From: Leucoraja ocellata
Lineage: Eukaryota
Reading direction: 5' to 3'
Length of the DNA: 64,000 nt
Assembly: GCA_036785375.1 (NCBI GenBank)
Contig: JAWMAR010000104.1
Location: 6,262,001-6,326,000 of the forward strand
Shown: one piece after another, positions 1 to 12,100 of the stretch
Layout: each line of letters starts with the position of its first letter
Position numbering within the stretch: the stretch's first letter is position 1
The notes under the pieces: model-generated
Database searches by the model: none
What the model saw: the letters and a program-made list of their open reading frames with translations, nothing else
Told to the model about the DNA's origin: nothing
Position numbers and translations under genes: made by a program

Positions 1-1060
1 TTGCTTTAACAGGATATTTGGGATCATTGTCTTGCTGTAGAATGAACAGCCAGCCAATGAGTTTTGAGGCATGTGTTTGAACTTGAGCAAATATGATGTC
101 TCTACACACTTCAGAATTTATTAGCCGCTACCATCAGCAGTTGTATCATCAATGAAGATAAGTGAGCCCGTACCTTCAGCAGCTGTACATGCCCAGGCCA
201 TAACACCCCCACCACCTTGTTTCACAGATAAGGTGGTGTGCTTTGCATATTGGGCAGTCCCTTCTCTCTTCCATATTTTGCTCTTGCCATCACTCTGATA
301 TAAGTTAATCTTCGCCTCATCTGTCCACAAGACCCTTTTTCCAGAACTGTGGTTGCTCTTTTAAGTACATCTATGGACACTGGTCATTGACAAACCCACA
401 CCTGACTCCTGAAGAGTGTTTCTGATCTGTCGGACAGGTGTTTGGGGATTGTTCTTTATTATAGAGAGAATTCTTCTGTCATCAGCTGTGGAGGTCTTCC
501 TTGGCCTGCCAGTTCCTTTGCGGTTAGTAAGCTTGCCAGTACTCTCTTTCTTAATGATGTTCCAAACAGTTGATTTTGGTAAGCCTGAGGTTTGGCTGAT
601 GTCTCTAACAGTTTTATTCTTGTTTCTCAGTCTCAAAATGGCTTCTTTGACTTTCATTGGCACAACTTTGGTCCTCATGTTGATAAACAATAAAAAGTTT
701 CCAAAGATGATGGAAAGACTGGAGGAAAGACTAAGTGCTGAGAGCCCTCTTATACCTCCGGAAATAGGAGGTATAAAGGAGGCATTTAAACACATGAGCA
801 ATTACAAACACCTGCAAAGCCATGTGTCCCAAGCATTATGGTGTCCTGAAATGGTGGGGGGGGGGGGGGGGGGGGTATGAATAAACAGCTGTAATTTCTA
901 CATGGTGAAACCAAAATTGATTTTTTTTTTAAACCCCTTTAATAAAATCTGACTGCACTTTAACCACGTCATTTTTCCTATTACAAATCTCATTGTGGAG
1001 TACAGAGGCAGATAAATAAAAATATAGGTCTTTGTCCCAAACATTATGGAGGTGGCTATG
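1..1060 (-). mobile_element. Tc1/mariner DNA transposon, decayed, 5' part (runs off window start)
   Basis: Minus ORFs 361-801 (paired-like HTH: KTVRDISQTSGLPKSTVWNIIKK, GRPRK hook) and 121-330 (WTDEAKINL...GGGGVMAW, first D of the DDE domain). Direct repeats TGTCCCAA(G/A)CATTATGG at 825-841 and 1033-1049 indicate an IR/DR-type terminal repeat. Confidence 0.9.
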
Positions 1061-1298
1061 TTAAATATAATGTGTGTCTGGTCTCTGTCCCACCTGCTGT
1101 ACTGTGAACCACAGGTAGATGGCACCAAGCTTACATTCTGAAGAAGGGTCTCGACCCGAAACGTCGCCCATTCCTCTCCAGAGATGCTGCCTGTCCCACT
1201 GAGTTACTCCAGCATTTTGTATCTACCTTCAATTTAAACCCACATCTGCAGGTCTTTCCGACACTTACATTTTAGGATGATGAGCCTAAACACTAAAT

Positions 1299-1621
1299 CA
1301 GGGGTCAGCAACCTATGGCCCCCGGGCTGAATGCGGCCCGTAACCCGAAATCATCCGGCCCGCATCTTCTGTGAACATGTTTAAGAAAGAACTGCAGATG
1401 CTGGAAAAATGGAAGGTAGACAGAAATGTAGGAGAAACTCAGTGGGGGGAGACGTGCAAGGATTGCATGAGGCTGCCTCACCTGCTGAGTTTCTCCAGCA
1501 TTTTTGTCTACCTGTGAACATGATTTGATGTCTGCCATCCGGGATGAGATCCATGTGTACACGTGATAGATGTGGCCTGCCATCCACTAACAGACATGCA
1601 GAACAAGTTTGCCCACCCCTG
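1299..1621. mobile_element. hAT (Charlie-like) MITE containing a nested Penelope-like fragment
   Basis: Termini CAGGGGTC.../...CACCCCTG. Perfect 8-bp TSD CACTAAAT at 1291-1298 and 1622-1629. Inner insert flanked by CTGTGAACATG at 1369-1379 and 1512-1522. Confidence 0.85.
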
Positions 1622-1630
1622 CACTAAATC

Positions 1631-1663
1631 CTGATTGCTGCTGATTACTCACCTGTTGCTGGG
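1631..1663 (-). promoter_or_regulatory. Candidate MHC-II X1/X2 module with imperfect inverted Y box (module 1)
   Basis: Minus strand reads CCCAGCAACAGGTGAGTAATCAGCAGCAATCAG, versus HLA-DRA X1/X2 CCTAGCAACAGATGCGTCA. It could alternatively be a minus-strand splice donor (CAG|GTGAGT). Confidence 0.45.
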
Positions 1664-3661
1664 CAGAGGGACCAGGTTGAGATGTGTTTTGGTATACCGA
1701 GGAATGGTGAAGTAATGATCATGAGGTGGTTTCAGCAGCATTTCTGTAAACTTACTCAAAGCAATGTCCCAGAAAGGGCATGGTTCCGAGTGAGTGCCAC
1801 TCTGGGAGGGGCAGTACTGAGGGAGCGGCGCACTTTTTTCCAAAAATAAATAAGTCAATTATTTATAATAACATGTACAACACAAAAGAATACAAACAAA
1901 CCCATATAACACAAAAGTATTAGATATTTCACCATCCTTATTAAGGACACTTTATATCCCCCGCGGTGCCCAGCAGTCCCGAAAACCCCCCATGGCGCAC
2001 CTGGACATATATGGGGTCAGTTTTTACACAGGATCATGGTGGAGGTAGATAAGGTGGTTATGTTTAAGAGGTGCATGGAGGGATGGGGATCACATGCAGG
2101 TAGATAAGAGCTGGAGGGTGGATGCAGCTCTGTAGGACTTTGGCTGGGCTGAATTTACATGCGGTTCTGGTGCAGGATAAGTTACACCCCGGCTGCTCCG
2201 TGCCGAGGGTGTCGTTCCCCCTGCACAAAGCAACACGTTTCCCTCTATCCTCGTCTGCCAGCAACCCCTGGCTGATGGGGACGCTTGGTCACGTACACTA
2301 ACTCCAGCGTTCCCGGCACGTTGCTCCCTCTCGCTGGGAGCCCTGCTCTCTGAGATGACTTATTTTGTATCAACCTTTCATTTGGAGTGTAGCCATCTAA
2401 CACCATCCCATACAATCACACTATTCTTTTAAATCTCTCTTCTATTGTATTGTAACCCACCCCATCCCCTTTGCTCCACCTATTGTACTTGAGTTTGACT
2501 TTATTGGGTGATGCATAGTACAATCTGACTTGATAACACGCAACAAAACGCCGGAAAAGGCGTAGGCAGCCGGCTCGGGCTGGCGCCGTGACTCATGCTT
2601 GGCCAGGCCCAGAAGCAACCCAACCAGGACACCTTCAGCTCTACCCTCCTATGCACAGGGCGTCCAAAGATGAGGATGGTGGGTGTGAAGGCAAGGAGCA
2701 GACCCATTAGATGTTGGAACAGAGGATGCAACCTCACGCTGCACTACGGCAGGGGTGGTAGTGAGGGAGTGCTGCACTGCATCTCAATGCACAGGACTAG
2801 GCTCTTCAGCCAATAATATGCCAAACGTGATATCAATCTGCTGGCATGTGATCCATTCCCTGCATATCCGTGTACCTATTCAAAAGTATCTTAAATAGCA
2901 CCCACCAACCTTTAAAAAAACTTGCCCGCACATCTTTAAACTGTCCCTCTCACATTAATGCTAAATACTAATTTAAAAATTTCCATCCTATGAATAAGCT
3001 TCTAACTGTCTACCTTACCTATTCCTCTCTGGATGCTCCGGTTTCCACTCACATCCCAAAGACATGTGGGTTTGTAGGTTAATTGACCCTCTGTAAATTG
3101 TCCCTAGTGAGTAGGGAGTGGATGAGAAAGTGGGATAACAGAACTAGTGTTAACGGATGAATGATGGTCGGCGTGGGCCGAAGGGCCTGTTTGCATGCAG
3201 TATTTTTAAATCAATAAAACCCACGCTGCCTGAACTCGATGACAATGTCATGCCTGAGTTCTTATATGTGTTAGTAGATGCTTGTTTCCCAAGTTTCAAC
3301 GGACTACACTTCATTAAAAACTTCATGAGTTGCAAAATCCAGAGTCAAGAGTATTTACTTGTCAACTGAACCAGAACGATGACAGCCTTACTTGCTGTAG
3401 CTTGATATATTAAACTCAACAACAAACTGCAAGAAGAAACAGAAACTGCGGATGCTGATTTACAAAAAAAGACGAAGTGTTTCAGTCTGTTGAAGGGTTC
3501 TGACCAAAAACGTAATTTGTCCGTGTTCTCCAGAGATGCTGGCTGCCCCGCTGAGTCACTCCAACAAACGGCATGTGCGTTGTGAGTTTAATTTACAGAT
3601 ACAGCATGGAAACAGGTCCTTCAGTCCACCAGGTCCAAGCCGACAAAGGTGCCCCACCTAC

Positions 3662-4025
3662 ATTGGTCCTGTCTGCGAAGGGCGCTCAGCATCGCCAAGG
3701 ACTGCTCTCACCCCAACCATGGACTATTTAACCTACCATCCGGGAGGCGCTACAGGTCTCTCCGTTGCCCGACCAGCAGGTCCAGGAACAGCTTCTTCCC
3801 TGCGGCTGTCACACTACTCAACAATGTACCTCGGTGACTGCCAATCACCCCTCCCCCCCCCCCCCCCCTCCCGGACACTCCTACCACAGGAAAAACACTG
3901 ACTGCATGTAAATAGATTTATTTATTGAAATCATATTCTATGTTGCTCTTCCAGGGAGATGCTAAATGCATTTCGTTGTCTCTGTACTGTACACTGACAA
4001 TGACAAAGTTGAATCTGAATCTGTG
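3662..4025 (+). mobile_element. Rex1/Babar-like LINE 3' fragment
   Basis: ORF 3649-3837 (CLRRALSIAKDCSHPNHGLFNLPSGRRYRSL...SFFPAAVTLLN) is a typical RT C-terminus. Ends in a short (GAATCT)n tail. Confidence 0.7.
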
Positions 4026-4751
4026 TTTGGTCTAAAACACTCCTATCCATGTACCTGTCCAAGTGTCTGGGTCAGTAGTTATTTTCCCATTGGGGGAGGA
4101 TATTGGTATTAGTTTATGATTTTTTTGGGTAGTGGGATACAGCAAAAAACTTTTGCATGCTATCCAGGCTAATTATACCCTACACGAGTACAAATGAGAA
4201 ACTAAACAGTGCAGAATAGAGTGTTGCACGTAAAGAGGAAGTACAGAGATTTTTAAAAAGTGCAAGGGCCACATTGAAGTGGTAGGTGGGAGTTCAGGAA
4301 TAGTGTGGTTAAGGCAGAACAGCCAGTAGAGCCGCTGCCTCACGGTGCCAGAGAACCCAGGTTTGATCCTCGCCTCGGGTGCTGTTGTGTGGAATTTACA
4401 CATTCAGCCTGTGACCATGTGCATTTCCTCTGGGTGCTCCAGTTTGTTCATAAGTGATAGTAGAATGAGGCCATTCAGCCCATCAAGTCTACACCCGTAC
4501 TAATCCCACATCCCCAAAACCTGAATGTTTACAGGTTAATTGGCCCTCTAAATTGCCCCAGTGTGTAGGGATTGGATGAGAAAGTCAGATAACATCGATC
4601 ATAATAAGTGTGATCGATGGGCGGCGTGGACTCGGCGGGCTGAAGGACCTGTTTCTGTTCTGTCTCTGACTATGAAGGGTGCAATATTAATGCCCTTTGT
4701 TCTTGTTGCGGCTCCATTTGCTGTCAATTAACCAGTCAACCAATTGATTGA

Positions 4752-4971
4752 AGGTACACAAAAAAGCTGGAGAAACTCAGCGGGTGCAGCAGCGTCTATG
4801 GAGCAAAGGAAATAGGCAACGTTTCGGGCCGAAACCCTTCTTCAGACTGAAGAAGGGTTTCGGCCCGAAACGTTGCCTATTTCCTTCGCTCCATAGATGC
4901 TGCTGCACCCGCTGAGTTTCTCCAGCTTTTTTGTGTACCTTCGATTCTCCAGCATCTGCATTTCCTTCTTA
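4752..4971. mobile_element. Penelope-like (PLE) terminal-repeat insertion forming a near-perfect palindrome
   Basis: Arms 4750-4845 and 4847-4942 are reverse complements with about 2 mismatches. 14-bp TSD AACCAATTGATTGA at 4738-4751 and 4972-4985. Each arm carries CTGAAGAAGGGTTTCGGCCCGAAACGTT. Confidence 0.85.
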
Positions 4972-4973
4972 AA

Positions 4974-5008
4974 CCAATTGATTGATGTGTGACTCATCGG
5001 TTGCCAGG
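4974..5008 (-). promoter_or_regulatory. Candidate MHC-II X1/X2 module with nearby CCAAT (module 2)
   Basis: Minus strand CCTGGCAACCGATGAGTCA (4990-5008). CCAAT at 4974-4978. Confidence 0.6.
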
Positions 5009-7825
5009 CAGACTTCCCAGTTGTATTGTGTTTTTAGTTTAGCATGGAAAACAGGCTCTTCGGCCCACGAAGTCCACTCTGACCAGCGATCATCTGTTCT
5101 TACTGGCTAAAATAATGTGTAGGAAAGAATTGCAAATGCTGCTTTACATCAAAGATAGACACAAAATGCTGGAGTAACTCAGCGGGTCAGACAGCATCTC
5201 TGGCGAAAAGGATGTTGACTTTCCGGATCGAGATCCTTCTTCAGGCAGATGTTAAGCTGGAACGAGTGCAGAGAGGATTTATAAGGATGTTGTCGGGGCC
5301 CGAGGGAGAGGTTGAGCAGGCTATTCTTTTGAGCGCCAGAGGCTGAGAGGTGATCTTATATTGGTGTATGAAATCATGAGAGGAATAGATAGGGTGAATA
5401 CACACAGTCTTTTACCCAAAGTAGGGGATTCAGAACCAGAGGACGTAGGTTTAAGATGAGGGGGGAAAGATTTAGTAGGAACTTGAGGGGCAACTTTGTT
5501 ACACAAATGGTGGTACGTATATGGAACGAGCTGCCAGAAGAGTTAGTAGACAATTGACAATAGGTGCAGGAGTAGGCCATTCGGTCCTTTGAGTCAGCAC
5601 TGCCATTCAATGTGATCATGGCTGATCATCCACAATCAGTACCCCGTTCCTGCCTTCTCCCCATATCCCCTGAGGCAGGTACTATAACAATGTTTATTAA
5701 ACATTTGGACAGGTATATGGATAGGTTTGGAGAGATATGGACCAAATGCGGGCAGGTTCATACTGTTATCCTACTTTCTCATCCACTCTCTAGAACAGTA
5801 GGGACAATTTACTGAGGGTCAAGAGAATCTAAAACAGTGTAGATGGGGCATGTTGGTCAGCATGGGCCGATGGACCTGTTTCAATGCTATATGACTATAG
5901 GTTTCTATGACTCTTAAGAGGTGGCAGGGTGGTGCAGTGGTAGAGCTTGTGCCTTACGGCATCAGAATCATGGGATAGATCCTGACTATGGTTACTGTCT
6001 GTGCGGAGTTTGTAATTTCGTCCTGTGACTGCGTTGGCTTTCTCCAGGAGCTCAGGTTTGCATCTACACTCCAAAGACGTACAGGTTTGTTGGTTAATTG
6101 GCTTTTGTAAAATTGTAAATTGTCCCTAGTGTGTAGGATACTGCTAGTGTACAGGGATTGCAGGTCGGTGTGGACTCGGAGGGCCAAAAGGCCTGTTTCT
6201 GTGCTGTATCGCTAAAGACTAAAAGACTCATGCTCTTAAGGTGAGAGGGTTAAGGTTTAAGGCAAAGTCGACACTTGACTCTTGCAAGCGGTGACTAGCT
6301 ACCCGCAGAGAATGCAAACCGCTTCACAAACCTCTCTTAGACATCCTGGGGATGTGAAACTTGGTTTGAGTTTCCTGTTCCTCTTTCAGCAGTCAGACCT
6401 GCTGATTTGGCACGGCGCTAAAATCCCATGATTGTCCACCTTCCAACTTTGTGTGTCCGTGTGTCTTTGCTTTTTCAATCCATAGCTGCCTGAACTCAGA
6501 TATAGTTTGGAAACAGGCCCTTTGGCTCACCGACTCCACGCCGACCATCGATCACCCGTTCACACAAGTTCTATGTTATTCTACTTTCTCATCCGCTCCC
6601 TACACACCAGGGGCAATTTACAGAGGGCCAATACAATATAAAACAGTACGCACAGGAACTGTCCTCTCGGCCCACAATGTCTGTGGTGAACATTATGCCA
6701 AGATATACTGATCTCCTCTGCCTGCACTCGATCCATATCCCTCCATTCTCTACGCGCCTATCTAAAAGCCTCTTAAACGCCATGGTCATATCAAACACCA
6801 CCACCCTCGGTGTGAAAAACTTGTCCTGCACATCTCCTTTAAACTTTGCCCCTTTCACCTTAAAGCTAGTGTTGGACATTTCCACCCTGGGGAAAAGGTT
6901 GACTGTCTACCCTATCTAGCCATTCCAGTGAAAAGGCTTTGCTATCCAAGATTGTACATGGGTACAATCATGCCATACGCAAGTACCGACAGGTAGTTTA
7001 GTTTACATTTACGGCGTGGAAACAGGTTTTTCGGTCCACCAAATGCACCGATCATTGATCACCCATTCACACTGGTTGATTGGATTAATTGATCAATTGA
7101 AAGATACAGCATGGAAACTGGCCCTTCGGCCCACCAAGTCCACCTGTTCACACTAGGAAATTGGAGCACCCGAATGAAACCCACATGGTCACAGGGAGAA
7201 CATGCAAACTACACACACACACACAATGTCTTTATTTGGAAAATTCAAAGGCCTCACAGCACCAGAGACCCATGTTCGATCCTGCCCTTGGGTGCTGTCT
7301 GTGTGGAGTGTGCACGTTCTCCCTATGATCACGTGGGTTTCCTATGGGTGCTCCGGCTTCCTCCCATATATCCCAAAGACGTGCGGAGGAAAAGGATGAG
7401 TTCACATTTAGAACGGAGATGAGGAAACATTTTTTCTCACAGAGAGTGGCGAGTCTGTGGAATTCTCTGCTTCAGAGGGCGGTGGAGGCAGGTTCTCTAG
7501 ATGCTTTTAAGAGAGAGATATATAGGGATCTTAAAATAGCAGTCAGGGGACAAGGCAGGAACGGGGTACTGATTGGGGATGATCAGCCATGATCACATTG
7601 AATTGCGGTGCTGGCTCGAAGGGCCGAATGGCCTACTCCTGCATCTATTGTCTATTGTATGGGTTTATAGGTTAATTGGCCCTCTGTAAATTTCCCCGAA
7701 AGTGGGATAACAGAACTAGTGTGAATGGGTGGTTGATGGTTGGCGTGCACTCATGTTGCATCTCTAAGCTAAATTAAACTAAACTGTGTCCATGCTGCAT
7801 CCCTAAACTAATTTAAACTGTTTCC

Positions 7826-8462
7826 TTGCAGGCAGTGAAGAAAGGTCATGGCATGTTGGCCTTCAAAACAAGAGGATTTGAGTATAGGAGCAAAGAGGTG
7901 CATCTGCAGTTGTACAGGGCCTTGGTGAGACCACACCTTGAGTATTGTGTGCAGTTTTGGTCTCCAAATTTGAGGAAGGACATTCTTGCTATTGAGGGAG
8001 TGCAGCGTAGGTTCACAAGGTTAATTCCCGGGATGGGGGGACTGTCACATGTTGAAAGAATGGAGCGACTGGGCTTGTATACACTGGAATTTAGAAGCAG
8101 GGATCTTATTGAAACATATAAGATTATTAAGTGATTGGACATGCTAGAGGCAGGAAAAATGTTCCCGATGTTGGGGGAGTCCAGAACCAGGGGCCACAGT
8201 TTAAGAATATGGGGTAGGCCACTTAGAACGGAGATGAGGAAAAGCTTTTTCACCCATAGAGTTGTGAATCTGTGAAATTCTCTGCCGATTCTTTGGATTT
8301 TTTCAAGAGTGAGTTAGATAGAGCTCTGGGAGATAGCGGTCAGGGGATATGGTGAGAAGGCAGGAATGGGGTACTGATTGGGGATGATCAGCCATGATCA
8401 CAGTGAATGGCGGTGCTGGCTCTAAGGGCCGAATGGCCTACTCCTGCACCTATTGTCTATTG
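7826..8462 (+). mobile_element. CR1 LINE 3' fragment
   Basis: ORF 7826-8134 [21 protein letters not shown]1 3' UTR GGCCGAATGGCCTACTCCTGCACCTATTGTCTATTG. Confidence 0.9.
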
Positions 8463-8714
8463 CTGTATGTCTAAACTAATTTAAGTTAAACTAAACTGCC
8501 TCCATGCTGCATCTCTAAACTAAACTAGTCAAAGGCCAGGTAATTGTATGATAGAATAGGGCTGAAAGGTAGAATGGCCTTGTAAGTACTTCCTGTAAAC
8601 GCAAGTAGTTTCTCGGTAGCTGTGGCAGGTCTGAAGGGGAACTGAGCCGTGGCCGGCAGAGCTGTGTCTGGGTTTGGTCCAGCGACACCAGAGGCATTCA
8701 GAGGGAGAGAGACA

Positions 8715-8746
8715 ATTGGCTGACTGTTGACTCACCAGTTGCCGGG
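8715..8746 (-). promoter_or_regulatory. Candidate MHC-II X1/X2/inverted-Y module (module 3)
   Basis: Minus strand CCCGGCAACTGGTGAGTCAACAGTCAGCCAAT. Paralogous to 19424-19456. Confidence 0.55.
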
Positions 8747-9192
8747 GAGAAGTCGGAGATGAAGGCGAGTTTTTGAGGTCGTAATTAAAGAGCGAGCAGC
8801 TGCAACGTGTAAAGGCAGAGAATTAACTCTTGAGCTTGCAGCTGATCTCGTAGACACAGGGAACTGCAGAATCTTTGCAGAACATGGATAGGTGATGTTT
8901 CGGATCGGGACCCTTCTTCAGACTGATGGGGATGGGGGGAGAAAGCAGGGAGAGGTGGGGGCGGGACAAAGTCTGGCAAGTGACAGGTGGATACAGGTAA
9001 GGGGTTTGATTGGCAAATGGGTGGGCAGAGATAGGAAGAAGTCACTTCCTTGTGTCTGAAGAAGGGTCCCGACCCGAAACGTTGCCTGGCCATGTTCTCC
9101 ACAGATGGTGCCTCTCACCCGCCGAGTTCCTCCAGCACTTTGTGTCTTCATTTTGTAAACCAGCATTGGCAGTTCCTTGTGTCTCCAACATT

Positions 9193-12100
9193 GGAAACAT
9201 AGAAAATAGGTGCAGGAGTAGGCCATTCGGCCCTTTGAGCCAGCACCGCCATTCAATATGATCATGGCTGATCATCCAAAATCAGTACACCGTTCCTGCT
9301 CTTTCCCCATATCCCTTGATTCCCCCAGTCCCAAGAGCTAAATCTAACTCTCCCTTGAAAACTACAAGTTTCTTGTAAGATCCCCTCTCATCCATCTACA
9401 TTCCAGCGAATGCAAGCCCAATCGACCCATTCTTTCATCATACGTCTTTTCCGCCATCCTGGAAAATAACCTGATGAACCTATGCTGCACTCCCTCAATA
9501 GCAATATTTTCCTTCCTCAAATTAGGAGACCAAAATTGCACACAATTTTCTCACCAGGGCCCTGTACAACTGCAGTAGGACCTCCTTGCTCCTAAACTCA
9601 AATCGTCTCGCAATGAAGGCCATTGGCTTTCTTCACTGCCTGCTATACCTGCCTGCTTACTTTCAGTGACTGATGTACAAGCACACCCAGGTCTCGTTGC
9701 ATCTCCCCTTCTCCTAATCTGACACCATTTAGATAATAATCTGCAGAACATGGATAGGTGATGTTTCGGATCCTTCTTGTCCTTGCCCCCAAAGTGGATA
9801 ACCTCCCATCTACCCACATTATCCAGCATCTGCCATGCTTCTGCCCACTCACCCAACCTATAATCCAAGTCACCCTGCAACCCTGTTTAGTGCTTTAGTG
9901 TGTTTTGTGAGTTGGCTGGTGCCGCTGCTGCTGTGCAGTAATTTTTACACAGCATGTGTAGAGTCGCGTAGAGGAGGGATGAACTCCTGTGGCGACGGAC
10001 AGTTTACGGAATAAAACACCATATTCCATCTGAGCTGAAGAAGCCGTTCCGTGGTTGCCGTGCAGGTGCCAGGCTAAGGGCCAGGCTAAGGGCCTGGAGG
10101 TGGAGATACAAGCCGTTTCTGCTATCGATCCTTATGGGGAACATCAACTCATTCCCTAACAAGTGTGAGGAGTTGGAGGCCCTTATGAAGAACCAACGGG
10201 TCTACCGTGAATGCAGTCTCATGTGTTTTACCGAGACGTGGCTGATGGACATCATCCCGGATTCCTGTGTGGATCTCCCCGGCTTCACTTCGGTACGAGC
10301 AGATCGAGACCCGAAGGCGAGTGGGAAGATCAAAGGTGGGGACTTGCTCTGCTTGTGAATAATAGATGGTGTAATCCAGGTCACATAACTGTGAAAGATA
10401 AGATCTGTTGTCGGGATATTGAGCTCCTGGCGGTTGGACTGAGACCTTATTATGTACCGAGGGAGTTCTCCCACATCGTCGCCATTATTGTTTACATTCC
10501 TCCTCGAGCGGAGCCTGTAGTCGCATGTGACATCACCCAAGAGACTGTCGCAAGATTACAGACCCGACACCCGGACGTACTCATTGCCTTATCAGGGGAC
10601 TTCAATCATGTGAACATCAGCCCCCACTTGTCAGGCTTCTCACAGTATGTTGACTGTCCCACAAGGCACAATAAGACACTGGACTTGTGCTATGTCAATG
10701 TCAAGGAGGCCTATAGTGTCTTAGCCTTTGCACCGCTTGGCAAATCAGATCACAACCTGGTTTATCTAAGGCCTTCTTACAAACCCTGTGTACTGAGACA
10801 GCCTACAACCACCCGGTCTTTCAGAAAGTGGACACCAGAGGCCAGTGAATCACTGAGGGCCTGCTTTCAATGCACAGACTGGGACATACTGATGGAGTCA
10901 CAGGAATTAAACAGCTGTATGGACATCGACTGGATGGCTGGATGCATAACGGACTACATCAACTTCTGTAGGGATGCTGTTGTGCCAGTAAGAACTGTTT
11001 GTTGCTTTCCCAATAACAAACCTTGGATTACAAGCAACATTCAGAGCCTAAACGAGAAAAAGGAGGCTTTCAAGGTTGGTGATCGGGAAAAAATCAAGAG
11101 GGTACAGCACCACTTGAAAAGGAGTATGAAGCAGGCAAAAGGGGACTATAAAAAGGAAGCTGGAGAAGAAACTGCAGTACAACAACATCAAAGAGGTGTG
11201 GAGAGGAATGAAGACCATCACTGGCTTCAAGGAGAAGAGAAGCCAGCCGTCAGGAGACGTGGACAAGGCCAATGAGTTTAACCTGTACAGGTTTGATCTG
11301 GTATCCCCTCCCAACTCTACAGGTGCAGCCTCTCCCCCACCATCACCTCCACGAGGCAGCCCCCCCAACACCACAGCTGCAGCACCTCCTATGCAGGCAT
11401 CTCCTCAACTGTTCTTCACGGCGGACGAGGTGAGAGCTGAGCTGAGGAGGTTGTGCCCTGGTAAAGCAGCTGGCCCTGATGGTGTATGTCCCAGGCTACT
11501 AAAAGACTGTGCGGCTCAGCTGGCAGAGCCGCTCCAGACCATTTTCAACCTGAGCCTCCAGTCAGGGAGGGTACGAGGTTTGTGGAAAACATCATGTCTC
11601 GTGCCGGTTCCCAGAGCAGGGCGGCCGACTGAGATCGACGACTACAGACCGGTGGCCCTTACATCCCATATCATGAAGACAATGGAGCGGCTACTCATTT
11701 GTCTCCTGAGACCACAAGTCCAGCATGCACTTGACCCACTACAGTTTGCATACCAGGAGAACATTGGGGTGGATGACGCAGTCCTCTACATGCTGCACCG
11801 GATCTACTCCTTTTTGGACGAACCAGGTGGCTATGTGAGGATTATGTTCTTCGACTTCTCAAGTGCGTTCAACACCATCCAACCCCTGATTCTGAATGAC
11901 AAGCTTAAGAAGATGGGGGTGGATTCCACATTTATCTCCCGGATATACGACTACCTGACGGGTCGACCACAGTTTGTCAAGCTGGGGGACAGTGTCTCTG
12001 GCACAGTGGTGTGCAATGTTGGAGCCCCACAGGGAACGGTTCTGGCCCTGTTCCTCTTCACCCTGTATACAGCAGACTTTAACTATAAGTCTGACACATG

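Noticed and set aside
1649-1858. Minus-strand ORF ending at a perfect donor CAG|GTGAGT
   Set aside because: No recognisable homology or partner exon, and the donor coincides with the X1/X2 motif. Kept only as an alternative reading of module 1.
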